From assembly GCA_007692655.1 (NCBI GenBank), contig REBQ01000240.1, forward strand, positions 10,727-74,726: 64,000 nucleotides of DNA. Reading direction: 5' to 3'. Position 1 is the first letter of the stretch. Each line of letters begins with the position of its first letter. Made by a program: the position numbers and the translations under genes. Below are positions 13,104-22,949 of this stretch, in pieces. The notes under the pieces were generated by a model. That model was not told where the DNA came from and made no database searches. It saw only the letters and a list, made by a program, of their open reading frames with translations. The stretch is from Halomonas sp. Lineage in GTDB: Bacteria > Pseudomonadota > Gammaproteobacteria > Pseudomonadales > Halomonadaceae.

Positions 13104-14195
13104 TTAATGATCGGTTTGAAACGTCGCGCAGTGAAAATCCGCGGCGGCTTGGACTTCGGCAATGCCACAGGTATCGGGTATAGGCACGGTGTTGCCCGCC
13201 AATACTTTAAGCACAGCCTTGGTGCCATTGGCTAGCGACTCAAGGTTGTAGCCGCCTTCTAATACGAACACTAACCGATCATCGCAGTGCTTTGCAGCCA
13301 ACTGCTGCAAGAAGCCGGTCATGGCGCCAAACCCCTCGTAGGAGACGTTGAGGGATAAATCTAGCCAGTGAGGGTCAAAACCTGCCGAGACTAAAATGAT
13401 ATCGGGCTTAAACCAGGCGGCGGCTGGTGCCAAAATATCGTGAAATGCCTTTAAAAATGCCTCGTCGCCAGCGCCCGCGGGTAGCGGTACATTGATGGTA
13501 GTACCTTCAGCGAGTCCGGCGCCGACTTCTTCAAGGTGGCCTGAACCGGGATAAAAGGGGGCGGCGCGGTGAATATCAAAAAACATCACGTCGGGTTCTG
13601 CCCAAAAGATATCCTGGGTACCGTTGCCGTGGTGGGCATCCCAGTCAACGATTAGCACGCGCTCGCAGCCAAGTGCGCTGCGCGCGTGGGCCGCCGCTAC
13701 GGCAATATTGTTAAATAGGCAAAAGCCGCGGGCGCGAACAGGTTCGGCGTGGTGCCCCGGTGGGCGAACAAGGGCAAAGGCACTTTTGGCGCGCTTCTCC
13801 ATCACCGCTTCAACCGCTGCAATCGCAGTGCCCGCAGCGACCTCCGCAGCATCGACGCTGCCGGGTGAGACAGCGGTAGTATCCACATCCAGCCAGGCAT
13901 TTTTGCCGCGTAGGCTAAAAATATCGCTTAGATAAGAGGTGGTATGCACCCGGGCAAGCTGTTCATGGGTGGCTGCTTTACCGCCCTCGATTTTTAAGCC
14001 CGCTATTGGCGCTTTTTCGAGCAGCTGTTGAATGGCTTTCAAGCGGCCCGGATGCTCGGGGTATTTCCACGGCACTGGCAAGCCTGCCAGCAGGTGTCGA
14101 ATACGTTTATCGATGCGTTCAGGCAAGAAGTCGGCATCGATATTGGGTTCGTGGGCGAGAACTCGATCATCATAGAAGGCAATGACGTTATGCAT
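13104..14195 (-). CDS. Histone deacetylase family protein (class II-like amidohydrolase)
   Basis: HPGRL, RPPGHHA, GFCLFNN, DWDAHHGNGTQ, SAGFD and LEGGY. Confidence 0.9.
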   Translation of the reverse strand: MHNVIAFYDDRVLAHEPNIDADFLPERIDKRIRHLLAGLPVPWKYPEHPGRLKAIQQLLEKAPIAGLKIEGGKAATHEQLARVHTTSYLSDIFSLRGKNAWLDVDTTAVSPGSVDAAEVAAGTAIAAVEAVMEKRAKSAFALVRPPGHHAEPVRARGFCLFNNIAVAAAHARSALGCERVLIVDWDAHHGNGTQDIFWAEPDVMFFDIHRAAPFYPGSGHLEEVGAGLAEGTTINVPLPAGAGDEAFLKAFHDILAPAAAWFKPDIILVSAGFDPHWLDLSLNVSYEGFGAMTGFLQQLAAKHCDDRLVFVLEGGYNLESLANGTKAVLKVLAGNTVPIPDTCGIAEVQAAADFHCATFQTDH

Positions 14196-14257
14196 AATGG
14201 CTACCTGGTGTCTGTGCGTTGAGTAACCGCAGCCATGCCAGCAAGACGCTGCAGTCT

Positions 14258-14283
14258 TTTAATCGCACAATTTAATCGCACAA
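14258..14283. repeat. Perfect 13-bp tandem duplication
   Basis: TTTAATCGCACAA x2. Confidence 0.85.
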
Positions 14284-14330
14284 TGGGCACGACCTGCTTT
14301 TCTACAGTAAGGCAGGGTAGTCAGCGTTAT

Positions 14331-14362
14331 ACAATATCACTCTCAAACAATATCACTCTCAA
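14331..14362. repeat. Perfect 16-bp tandem duplication overlapping the flavodoxin stop codon
   Basis: ACAATATCACTCTCAA x2. Confidence 0.85.
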
Positions 14363-14835
14363 GCGATGCCACTTTCAATACTAAATGCCATGGTCATGCT
14401 GAGTTCTTCTACCTGGTCAGCAAATCCAGGCTGCCACTCGCCACGTAAAATAAGAGGTGCTTGAACCCACCGCCAGCGTAAGCCGGTAACAATGCTTTCT
14501 ACCGCTCGCTGAGTGCCTGTACCGTCGTGTCCTGCACGGATATAGAGTACACAGGGCAGTCCCTGCTTCTGTTCTAGAACAGGATAGTAGACGCGGTCAA
14601 AGAAATCTTTGAGCGCGCCGCTCATGTAACCTAGATTTTCTGTAGTGCCCAATATAATACCATCACAGGCCAGAACATCCTCTGGACCTGCCTCTAGAGG
14701 TGCTTTAACGACGCAATTCACCTGTTCAAGGTCAGGATGGCGAGCGCCTTTAAGGGCAGCATCGCGGAGATACTCTGTATTGGTTGAAGGGGCGTGGGCG
14801 ATAATTAACAATTGTTTCCGGAATTCAGAGTGCAT
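14359..14835 (-). CDS. Flavodoxin-family protein
   Basis: LLIIAHAPSTNT...DGIILGTTENLGYMSGALKDFFDR...RAGHDGTG. Confidence 0.85.
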   Translation of the reverse strand: MHSEFRKQLLIIAHAPSTNTEYLRDAALKGARHPDLEQVNCVVKAPLEAGPEDVLACDGIILGTTENLGYMSGALKDFFDRVYYPVLEQKQGLPCVLYIRAGHDGTGTQRAVESIVTGLRWRWVQAPLILRGEWQPGFADQVEELSMTMAFSIESGIA

Positions 14836-14927
14836 AGCAAAGTCCTAAAAGTGGACGCTAATCTAAAGGTTTGCGCTAAGTGCTGAACATGCCACACTGA
14901 TTAAATAACGTTCTCTAGAGAGCCTAT

Positions 14928-15302
14928 ATGTCCAGTACAAGCTTCATCAATGTCTTTTATGATGCCCAGTGCCCGCTATGTCGCAAAGAGCGGCGGCGCT
15001 ATGAGCGTTGGGCAGGTAAAAACGCCGACGATATTGCTTGGCTTGATGTAACTGAGCATCAACAGGCGCTGCGTGCTAAAGGTATTGAGCCCTCGGCTGC
15101 GCTGCGTTCGCTGCACATTGAAACGGGCGAAGGTCAGTTCATAGAGGGAATAGATGCCTATCGCCTACTAATGTCACGTATTTTAGTATTGGCGCCGGTG
15201 GCTTGGCTCATTGGTCTCCCGGGAATTAAACCAGGATTGCGGGCGCTGTATGATCGATGGGTAAAGCGCCGCCTAAAAAAGCAGGGCCGTTGGACATCAT
15301 AA
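14928..15302 (+). CDS. DCC1/DUF393-family thiol-disulfide oxidoreductase
   Basis: N-terminal YDAQCPLC (DxxCxxC) motif. Confidence 0.85.
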   Translation: MSSTSFINVFYDAQCPLCRKERRRYERWAGKNADDIAWLDVTEHQQALRAKGIEPSAALRSLHIETGEGQFIEGIDAYRLLMSRILVLAPVAWLIGLPGIKPGLRALYDRWVKRRLKKQGRWTS

Positions 15303-15325
15303 CGTTTAGCTTAGGGAGCAAGGGG

Positions 15326-15907
15326 ATGCAGCGAAGTGTGGTGTATGCAGGGGTAATGGTATCTCTAATATTAGCGGGCTGCGCTGGGGGGCAGCGTACT
15401 CCGCAAACGGCTAGTCAAGAGACAGCCGAAGCGCCGCTAGACACAGGGCAGCCAAGTGTAGCCTCTCAGCGTGCGAGCTCTTCAAGTGTGCAGCTCGGCA
15501 GCACGGCGGGTGTCACGCCCATGGAGCGCGACTGGGTGCCGCCGCTGTTTACAAGCCCGGAAGAAGAAGCCTCCTATTATGTCAGTCGCTTGGCTGATCG
15601 CCGCTTCATAACAAATTATGGCGGCAGTGATAACCCGCGCCCTTGGTACATTGCCGCCGAAAAGTTGGGCAGCATCGGGCTTCCTGCTGTGCCGTTGCTG
15701 TTTGCTCGCCTAAATACCAGTGACGATTATGAGCAGATGTTGGTGCTCTATGCGCTCCAGTTAGCTACTCAAGACCCCATGCTAATGGCGAGAACGCGCG
15801 GTGAATATGTTCAGTTGGGCGTTGTGCTTGACCCTGCCCACAACGCAGAGAACGTTGTAACGGCCCAGCAGTGGTGGCAAAAGCATGCGTCACAGGTGAG
15901 CTATTAG
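15326..15907 (+). CDS. Hypothetical lipoprotein
   Basis: Start MQRSVVYAGVMVSLILAGC with lipobox LAGC; RBS GAGCAAGGGG. Confidence 0.75.
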   Translation: MQRSVVYAGVMVSLILAGCAGGQRTPQTASQETAEAPLDTGQPSVASQRASSSSVQLGSTAGVTPMERDWVPPLFTSPEEEASYYVSRLADRRFITNYGGSDNPRPWYIAAEKLGSIGLPAVPLLFARLNTSDDYEQMLVLYALQLATQDPMLMARTRGEYVQLGVVLDPAHNAENVVTAQQWWQKHASQVSY

Positions 15908-15981
15908 CACGCTAATGCAGTCCAGAAAGAGGGTGAAATAAGCGTTACTTTCAACTTCATAAAATGACTCAGGAGATAACC

Positions 15982-16458
15982 ATGGCATTTGCACTTTCAA
16001 CCATGCAAGTCACTAGCCCAGCGTTTGCTCATCATCAGGCAATTCCCTCTAAGCATACGGGAGAGGGTGAAGATGTCTCTCCGGCGCTCGTCTGGCAGAA
16101 CGCGCCTGAGGGTACCAAAGGGTTTGCCGTTATTTGTCATGACCCAGACGCGCCGTTGGTCAAAGAAGGCAACTATGGCTTTGTTCATTGGGTGCTTTAT
16201 AACTTGCCGGGTGAGCTGCAAGAGTTAACTGAAAAGACAGCGATCGGCACTGCAGGCATGAATGATTTGGGTAATATTGGCTACGGCGGGCCCATGCCGC
16301 CAGAAGGGCATGGCAAGCATCTTTACTATTTTTGGGTGTTGGCGCTAGATCACCAAACCTCCCTGCCTGAAGGGCTCACGCTGACAGAGCTACTAAAAGA
16401 AGTGGAACCGAACCTGCTCGGTATGAATCGCATAGTAGGCACCTACCAGCGCGGTTGA
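15982..16458 (+). CDS. YbhB/YbcL (PEBP/RKIP-like) protein
   Basis: DPDAP...FVHWVLYN...YGGPMPPEGHGKHLYYF; ATG at 15982 follows AGGAG. Confidence 0.88.
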   Translation: MAFALSTMQVTSPAFAHHQAIPSKHTGEGEDVSPALVWQNAPEGTKGFAVICHDPDAPLVKEGNYGFVHWVLYNLPGELQELTEKTAIGTAGMNDLGNIGYGGPMPPEGHGKHLYYFWVLALDHQTSLPEGLTLTELLKEVEPNLLGMNRIVGTYQRG

Positions 16459-16546
16459 TTTAGCCGTGGCTGGACATTTTGCGTAACCCGTGTAGGCTCC
16501 ATCGCTTTCTTAGCCCTGTATCTAAGCCAAGTAATGGAGCCTTTTG

Positions 16547-16891
16547 ATGAGTGAACTGCCTAACTGTCCTGCCTGTGCTTCGGAATTTAGTTATGACGAT
16601 GGGTTGCAGTACGTCTGCCCAGAGTGTGGCCATGAGTGGTCCAAAGTGGCAGAACAGGCAAACGATGATGACACTTCAAGCGGCGTACGCGATGCCAATG
16701 GCAATATGTTGGTAGATGGCGACAGCGTCACAGTGATCAAAGATTTGAAAGTTAAAGGCAGCTCACTGGTGGTTAAAGTAGGCACAAAAGTGAAAAGTAT
16801 CCGTCTGGTGGAAGGGGATCACGATATTGACTGTAAAATTGATGGTATTGGCCCGATGAAGCTCAAATCAGAATTTGTTAAAAAAGCCTAA
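16547..16891 (+). CDS. PhnA/YjdM zinc-ribbon protein
   Basis: CPAC...CPECGHEW...[23 protein letters not shown]...LKSEFVKK. Confidence 0.92.
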   Translation: MSELPNCPACASEFSYDDGLQYVCPECGHEWSKVAEQANDDDTSSGVRDANGNMLVDGDSVTVIKDLKVKGSSLVVKVGTKVKSIRLVEGDHDIDCKIDGIGPMKLKSEFVKKA

Positions 16892-16906
16892 CCTATTGCC
16901 AAGCAT

Positions 16907-16939
16907 AAAAAATAGCCCTCTAAGTACAGGGGGCTATTT
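16907..16939. terminator. Bidirectional intrinsic terminator
   Basis: AAAAAATAGCCCTC-TAAGTACA-GGGGGCTATTT between convergent genes. Confidence 0.75.
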
Positions 16940-16987
16940 ACTGTTAACCATTCGCTATCTATCGCGCACGTTAATTAGGCGCGTACG

Positions 16988-17188
16988 TTACGCCGTGGTA
17001 TTGATTTGTGTGCCTACGCTACCACTAGTAGCCAGCTGTGGCTCCACTACGCTGTCCATAAGCGCTGTGATGTGCGCTGCCTGCCCGTCTAATGCATCTT
17101 TAAATACGCTGAACTGAGCCTCTTGGACAACTTGTGCCTGCTGCATTGCCAGCGTTGTATGTACCATGTTGTTAACTGCTGAATCCAT
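16988..17188 (-). CDS. YjfB-like small protein (putative motility protein family)
   Basis: 66 aa, MDSAV...AQFSVFKDALDGQAAHITALMDSV...GSVGTQINTTA; RBS AGGAGG. Confidence 0.75.
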   Translation of the reverse strand: MDSAVNNMVHTTLAMQQAQVVQEAQFSVFKDALDGQAAHITALMDSVVEPQLATSGSVGTQINTTA

Positions 17189-17315
17189 TGCCTGCCTCCT
17201 CGAAATATCTCGATGCCTTGCAAAGTAGTGGCATCTAATCCTGTTTGACGCTATCAGACGGTGCACACCAATGCAAAACGTCGGTGAAATGAGCACTCAA
17301 CCAATAGCTTTTTTA

Positions 17316-17334
17316 AATGATAATGATTGTTGTT
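17316..17334. promoter_or_regulatory. Fur box upstream of the suf operon
   Basis: AATGATAATGATTGTTGTT matches AATGATAATNATTATCATT at 16/19. A weaker copy lies at 17376-17394. Confidence 0.6.
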
Positions 17335-17414
17335 TTTGATGCTATTAGCGTCGAACGTGCCGTTATTTTGCTTAAATTGATAACGATTTTGCTCTAGGGC
17401 TTCACATAAAATTT

Positions 17415-17439
17415 ATACAGGACTAAAATGGTACTCAAT
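17415..17439. promoter_or_regulatory. Partial IscR type-1-like operator
   Basis: ATACAGGACTAAAATGGTACTCAAT; the left half matches ATASYYGACTRWWWY and it sits upstream of a three-Cys Rrf2 regulator. Confidence 0.35.
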
Positions 17440-17493
17440 CCACGTAGCTATCATTTAATTAGCTGCGTATTAAGTACTTTAAGGGGAGTCGAC

Positions 17494-17958
17494 ATGCTCA
17501 AGCTTTCCCGGCTGACAGACTATGCCGCTGTAGTAATGGCGCAAATTGCTCGTCATGCCCAGGTATCGCATGCAGCTGCTGACTTGGCTGAGGCTGTGCA
17601 ATTGCCTCACCCCACTGTGAGCAAGACGTTAAAAATGCTGGCGCGTGCAGGGTTATTGGTTTCCCAGCGCGGTGCTCAAGGGGGTTATCGCCTTGCCCGG
17701 CCTGCGTCACAGATTACTGCCGCCGATATTATCGCGGCGATCGAAGGCCCTGTTGCCATGACCGAGTGCAGCCAAGCGGAAGGTGACTGTGAGCTTGTGG
17801 CTACTTGCGGTGTGGCTGACAACTGGCAGCGGGTCTCATTGGCTATGCGAACTCTGCTTGAAAGCGTGACGTTGGCGCATTTAGCCGATACAGCGCCGAT
17901 TAAGCTGCCGGTGCAACTGCCTATTCAAACGATCAGCCTGTCGGCGGCGTCGGCCTAA
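17494..17958 (+). CDS. SUF-associated Rrf2-family Fe-S regulator
   Basis: MLKLSRLTDYA...SQRGAQGGYRLARPASQITAADIIAAIEGP with C-x6-C-x5-C. Confidence 0.9.
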   Translation: MLKLSRLTDYAAVVMAQIARHAQVSHAAADLAEAVQLPHPTVSKTLKMLARAGLLVSQRGAQGGYRLARPASQITAADIIAAIEGPVAMTECSQAEGDCELVATCGVADNWQRVSLAMRTLLESVTLAHLADTAPIKLPVQLPIQTISLSAASA

Positions 17959-18037
17959 GGGCGGCGCCAATACTTCAGGCCTTACTTAATATTTAAGGCG
18001 ATGACCTCGCCACCCCAACTGCCCGGAGGGTATCACC

Positions 18038-19480
18038 ATGGCAAGCGAAGAAATGGAACAGTTGGTTCGTCGCGAATACAAAGATGGATTTGTAACGGAT
18101 ATCGAAAGCGACACTCTGCCACCTGGACTGGATGAAAACACCATTGCCTTTATTTCCAAAAAGAAAGGCGAGCCGGAGTGGATGCTGGAGTGGCGTCTCG
18201 ATGCCTACCGTCAGTGGCTGAAGATGGAGGCACCTTCCTGGGCGCATCTTGATTATCCACCGATTGATTATCAATCAATCTCCTACTTCAGTGCGCCGAA
18301 ACGCCCGGAAGACGGCCCCCAGAGCCTGGATGAAGTCGATCCCAAACTGCTTGAAACCTATGAGAAACTGGGTATTCCGTTACATGAGCGCGCTGCATTG
18401 GCGGGCGTTGCAGTCGACGCCGTATTTGACTCGGTATCGGTAACCACCACGTTTAAGAAGGAGCTTGGTGAAGCGGGCGTTATCTTCTGCTCCATCTCTG
18501 AAGCTATTCGCGACTACCCCGAATTGATTAAGCAGTATCTAGGGACCGTGGTTCCTGTGGCGGATAACTACTTTGCTGCACTGAACTCAGCGGTGTTTAC
18601 AGATGGCTCTTTTGTGTTCGTGCCGGAAGGCGTGACTTGCCCCATGGAGCTGTCTACCTACTTCCGCATTAACGCGGCTAATACTGGTCAGTTTGAGCGC
18701 ACGCTGATTATTTGTGAAAGCCGCGCTCAGGTTTCCTACCTGGAAGGCTGTACGGCGCCTATGCGCGATGAAAACCAGCTTCACGCAGCAGTAGTTGAGC
18801 TTGTCGCGCTTGATGATGCCTATATCAAATACTCCACGGTGCAGAACTGGTACCCCGGTGATGAGAATGGTGTTGGCGGTATCTACAATTTTGTAACTAA
18901 ACGTGGCGACTGCCGTGGTGATCGTTCGCGTATTAGCTGGACGCAGGTAGAAACTGGCTCCGCGATTACCTGGAAATACCCCTCCTGTGTCCTGCGTGGG
19001 AAAGACAGTATCGGTGAGTTCTACTCCGTCGCGGTGACAAACGGTCGTCAGCAAGCCGATACCGGCACCAAGATGATTCATATTGGCGAAGGCACTCGCT
19101 CTTATATCGTCGCCAAAGGTATTTCGGCGGGCAGGAGTAATCAGTCCTATCGTGGCCTAGTAAAAATCGGCCCGCGGGCAAAAGGGGCGCGTAACTTTAC
19201 CCAGTGTGACTCGTTGTTGATCGGTGATAAGTGCGGTGCGCATACGTTTCCCTATCAGGAAATTGGCAATAGTACGGCGACTATTGAGCACGAAGCGACC
19301 ACCTCAAAAATCGGCGAGGATCAGCTGTTTTACTGTCAGAGCCGCGGTATTTCTGAAGAAGATGCGGTCAGCATGATCGTTAATGGCTTCTGTAAAGATG
19401 TTTTCCAAGAACTGCCAATGGAATTCGCCGTAGAAGCCGAAGCGCTGCTCAATGTGACCCTGGAAGGCGCGGTTGGCTAA
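18038..19480 (+). CDS. sufB: Fe-S cluster assembly protein SufB
   Basis: [49 protein letters not shown]. Confidence 0.97.
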   Translation: MASEEMEQLVRREYKDGFVTDIESDTLPPGLDENTIAFISKKKGEPEWMLEWRLDAYRQWLKMEAPSWAHLDYPPIDYQSISYFSAPKRPEDGPQSLDEVDPKLLETYEKLGIPLHERAALAGVAVDAVFDSVSVTTTFKKELGEAGVIFCSISEAIRDYPELIKQYLGTVVPVADNYFAALNSAVFTDGSFVFVPEGVTCPMELSTYFRINAANTGQFERTLIICESRAQVSYLEGCTAPMRDENQLHAAVVELVALDDAYIKYSTVQNWYPGDENGVGGIYNFVTKRGDCRGDRSRISWTQVETGSAITWKYPSCVLRGKDSIGEFYSVAVTNGRQQADTGTKMIHIGEGTRSYIVAKGISAGRSNQSYRGLVKIGPRAKGARNFTQCDSLLIGDKCGAHTFPYQEIGNSTATIEHEATTSKIGEDQLFYCQSRGISEEDAVSMIVNGFCKDVFQELPMEFAVEAEALLNVTLEGAVG

Positions 19481-19556
19481 CCGTTAGGCCCCTTATATTT
19501 CAATTAATTATATGAGCGTCGCGGTAGCGACTCGCTAGAATCAAAAGGTAATCAAT

Positions 19557-20306
19557 ATGTTGCAAGTGAATGATTTACACGTCACCGTTGAAGGTAATGA
19601 AATTCTTAAAGGCCTCACCCTGACCATCAATGCGGGCGAAGTGCACGCCATTATGGGACCTAACGGCGCGGGTAAATCGACACTGTCGGCGGTGATCGCT
19701 GGCAAAGATGGCTACGAAGTTACCCAGGGCTCGGTGACCTTTGAAGGCAAAGACGTCCTTGAAATGGAAATTGAAGAGCGTGCTCAGGCAGGCTTGCTGC
19801 TGGGGTTTCAGTATCCTGTTGAAATTCCAGGAGTTAAAAACGTCTACTTGCTGAAAGCAGCCCTTAATGCTCAGCGCGTGGCGCGTGGTGAAGGTGAAAT
19901 GCCAGCGCCTGAGTTTATGAAGCTAGTGAAAGAGAAGTTGGGCTACATGAAAATGGATGCCAGCTTCCTTCAGCGCGCCGTTAACGAAGGCTTCTCTGGC
20001 GGCGAGAAAAAGCGTAATGAAATCCTGCAAATGCTGGTGCTGCAGCCTAAACTCGCGATGTTGGATGAAATCGACTCGGGTCTGGATATCGACGCCATGA
20101 AAGTGGTCGCTGATGGTGTCAATAGCCTGCGCGCTAAAGACCGCGCTATTCTGTTGGTCACTCACTACCAGCGCCTGCTTGATTACATCGTGCCTGACAA
20201 AGTTCATGTGCTGGTGGATGGTCGTATCGTTAAGTCTGGCGACGCTGAACTGGCTAAGCAGCTTGAGGCTAACGGTTATGAAGGCATTGAGGAGTCTGCG
20301 GCATGA
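19557..20306 (+). CDS. sufC: Fe-S assembly ATPase SufC
   Basis: GPNGAGKST, FQYPVEIPGV, VNEGFSGGEKKRNEILQ, DSGLDID. Confidence 0.97.
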   Translation: MLQVNDLHVTVEGNEILKGLTLTINAGEVHAIMGPNGAGKSTLSAVIAGKDGYEVTQGSVTFEGKDVLEMEIEERAQAGLLLGFQYPVEIPGVKNVYLLKAALNAQRVARGEGEMPAPEFMKLVKEKLGYMKMDASFLQRAVNEGFSGGEKKRNEILQMLVLQPKLAMLDEIDSGLDIDAMKVVADGVNSLRAKDRAILLVTHYQRLLDYIVPDKVHVLVDGRIVKSGDAELAKQLEANGYEGIEESAA

Positions 20307-21643
20307 GCGATACGCAAACCTTTTTAGAAACACTGAAGGCTCGCAGCCAGCGCTATCAGGCAGAGCCGACGTGGGTTGCGGCTCGTCGCCAAGCCGGTGC
20401 TGCGCGTTTTGAAGCACTGGGGTTTCCGACGCGTCGCGATGAAGAGTGGAAATACACTGATGTACGCATGATCGCCAAGGGCAGCTTTGCTCTGGCTGAT
20501 GACGCTGAGTTTTCTCAAGCCAGTGCCGCTGCACTGACGCTGCCCATTGATGCCTATCGGTTAACCTTTGTCGATGGCGTTTTCTCGTCAGTGCTCTCGG
20601 ATCTTGAGGCGCTACCGTCAAGTGTCCAGGTATTACCGCTTTCTAAGGCACTGGCTGAGAATCATGAAGCCGTTGGCGGCCCACTGGGCCGTTTGACCGG
20701 GGTTGATTTTTCGCCTTTCTCAGCGTTGAACACCGCCTTTATGGAAGAGGGGGCCGTCGTACGTATTGCCCCAGGTACAGTGGTTGAGAAACCAATTTTG
20801 TTGCAGTTCTTATCCCGTGCAGGCACGCCGGTGATGTGTCATCCCCGTGTATTAGTTGAAGCTGGCGGACGCAGCGAAGCCACCCTGATTGAACATTATA
20901 CGGGTGAAAGTGAAGCGACTAACTTCACTAACGTGGCTGCTGAGCTAATGCTCGATCGTGGCGCAATACTGGCCCACTATAAGCTTCAAGAAGCGCCGCT
21001 GGGCGATATGCACGTGGCCAGCATTCACGTAGAGCAGAGCAGAGACACGCGTTATACCTCTTATAATCTGAGTCTGGGCGGCGCTTTGGTGCGTAACGAC
21101 TTGATTAGCGATTTGAATGGTCAAGGCGCAGAAACTAACTTCTATGGCCTCTTCTTCGGCCAGGGCCGTCAGCACGTCGATAACCACACCAAGGTGAACC
21201 ACAATGCACCGCTGACGTTCTCTAATGAGAACTATAAGGGTATTTTGGATGACCGTGCACACGGGGTGTTTAACGGTAAAGTCTATGTAAAACGCGATAG
21301 CCAGAAGATTGAAGGCTTTCAGAGTAACCAGAATCTATTGCTCTCTGATCGTGCCCACATCGATGCTAAGCCCGAGCTTGAAATTTACGCTGACGACGTC
21401 AAGTGCTCACACGGTACAACCACTGGCCAGTTGGATGAAGAGGCTATCTACGCGCTGCGCACCCGTGGCATTGATGAAGCAACAGCGCGCGGTCTGTTGA
21501 CGCTCGCTTTCGCTGGCGAGGTGTTGGATAAGGTTAGCTTGGATGCGATTGCTGAGCGCGTTGAGCTAGCGGTTGCTGGCAAGTTGCCGGAGCGTTTCAA
21601 TCTTGCAGGGCTAGTCGAAGCAGCGGTCGCGCTCAACGACTAG
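20303..21643 (+). CDS. sufD: Fe-S assembly protein SufD
   Basis: EEWKYTD, NQNLLLSDRAHIDAKPELEIYADDVKCSHGTTTGQLD. Confidence 0.96.
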   Translation: MSDTQTFLETLKARSQRYQAEPTWVAARRQAGAARFEALGFPTRRDEEWKYTDVRMIAKGSFALADDAEFSQASAAALTLPIDAYRLTFVDGVFSSVLSDLEALPSSVQVLPLSKALAENHEAVGGPLGRLTGVDFSPFSALNTAFMEEGAVVRIAPGTVVEKPILLQFLSRAGTPVMCHPRVLVEAGGRSEATLIEHYTGESEATNFTNVAAELMLDRGAILAHYKLQEAPLGDMHVASIHVEQSRDTRYTSYNLSLGGALVRNDLISDLNGQGAETNFYGLFFGQGRQHVDNHTKVNHNAPLTFSNENYKGILDDRAHGVFNGKVYVKRDSQKIEGFQSNQNLLLSDRAHIDAKPELEIYADDVKCSHGTTTGQLDEEAIYALRTRGIDEATARGLLTLAFAGEVLDKVSLDAIAERVELAVAGKLPERFNLAGLVEAAVALND

Positions 21644-21659
21644 ATTTCACCAGGAGTGA

Positions 21660-22928
21660 TTGATGCCACATACCGTTATTGAGCCGACGCCTACTCGTAC
21701 GCAAGCGCCTTTCGATGTCGCGCGGATACGTCAAGATTTTCCGATTCTAGGCCGCCAAGTGCATGGCAAGCCGCTTATCTATCTGGATAACGCGGCCACC
21801 AGTCAAACGCCTCAGCAGGTCATTGACGTGTTCAGCGATTACTACTCGCGCTACAACGCCAATATCCACCGCGGTTTGCATACCCTTGCTGATGAAGCAA
21901 CGGCGGCGTTTGAAGGCACCCGTCATAAAGTGCGGGCGTTTATCAACGCGGAAGATGTGCGTCAGATCATCTTTACCCGCGGTACCACGGAGGCGATTAA
22001 CTTAGTTGCCCAGAGTTGGGGGCGTAAAAATTTAGCCCCGGGCGATGAGGTGTTGATTTCCATGCTGGAGCACCATTCCAATATTGTGCCCTGGCAGCTG
22101 TTGGCCGCTGAAATTGGCTTCACCATTAAGGTGATTCCCGTAGAGGCCAATGGTGCACTGGATATGCCGGCTTATCGCGGGTTGCTAAGTGAACGCACTA
22201 AACTGGTTGCGGTGAATCACGTTTCCAATGCGCTGGGTACCATTAACCCGGTGCAGGAAATGGCCTCCCTTGCGCATCAGTATGGCGCCTTGATTTTGAT
22301 CGACGGGGCTCAGGCAACGCCGCATCAAGTGGTCGATGTACAGGCCATTGATGCTGACTTCTATGCATTCTCCGGGCATAAAGTGTACGGGCCAACCGGT
22401 GTTGGCGTGCTGTATGGCAAGCAGTCGTTGCTGGAGGCGATGCCACCGTGGCAGGGCGGCGGTGAGATGATTAAAACCGTCTCCTTCGATGTCGATACGA
22501 CATTTGCCGCGATTCCCCATAAGTTTGAAGCAGGCACTCCCGCTATTGCTGAAGTCATTGCGCTAGGTCGGGCATTAGAGTGGATGGAGAGTATTGGTGT
22601 CAATGCGATTGGTGCTTGGGAAGGGCAGCTGCTTGATCACGCTACGCAAGCAGTGGGGCGCATTGATGGTCTGCGTGTTCTAGGTACTGCGCCCCAAAAA
22701 GCGGCCGTACTCTCCTTTGTTGTGGACGGAGCCCATTCACAGGATATTGGCCTGCTAATTGACCAGTTGGGCGTAGCTATTCGTACCGGTCATCACTGTG
22801 CTCAGCCATTGCTATCCCACTTTGGCGTGGACGCTACGTGCCGCGCTTCGTTTGCCGCGTATAATACTCTCGAAGAAGTAGATACCTTTATTGAAGCACT
22901 TAACCGTGTGATTGGTATGGTACGTTAA
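21660..22928 (+). CDS. sufS: Cysteine desulfurase SufS
   Basis: YLDNAATSQ, FSGHK (PLP lysine) and RTGHHCAQP (group II). Confidence 0.96.
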   Translation: MMPHTVIEPTPTRTQAPFDVARIRQDFPILGRQVHGKPLIYLDNAATSQTPQQVIDVFSDYYSRYNANIHRGLHTLADEATAAFEGTRHKVRAFINAEDVRQIIFTRGTTEAINLVAQSWGRKNLAPGDEVLISMLEHHSNIVPWQLLAAEIGFTIKVIPVEANGALDMPAYRGLLSERTKLVAVNHVSNALGTINPVQEMASLAHQYGALILIDGAQATPHQVVDVQAIDADFYAFSGHKVYGPTGVGVLYGKQSLLEAMPPWQGGGEMIKTVSFDVDTTFAAIPHKFEAGTPAIAEVIALGRALEWMESIGVNAIGAWEGQLLDHATQAVGRIDGLRVLGTAPQKAAVLSFVVDGAHSQDIGLLIDQLGVAIRTGHHCAQPLLSHFGVDATCRASFAAYNTLEEVDTFIEALNRVIGMVR

Positions 22929-22949
22929 GGCCAGTTCTTAAGGACAGTT

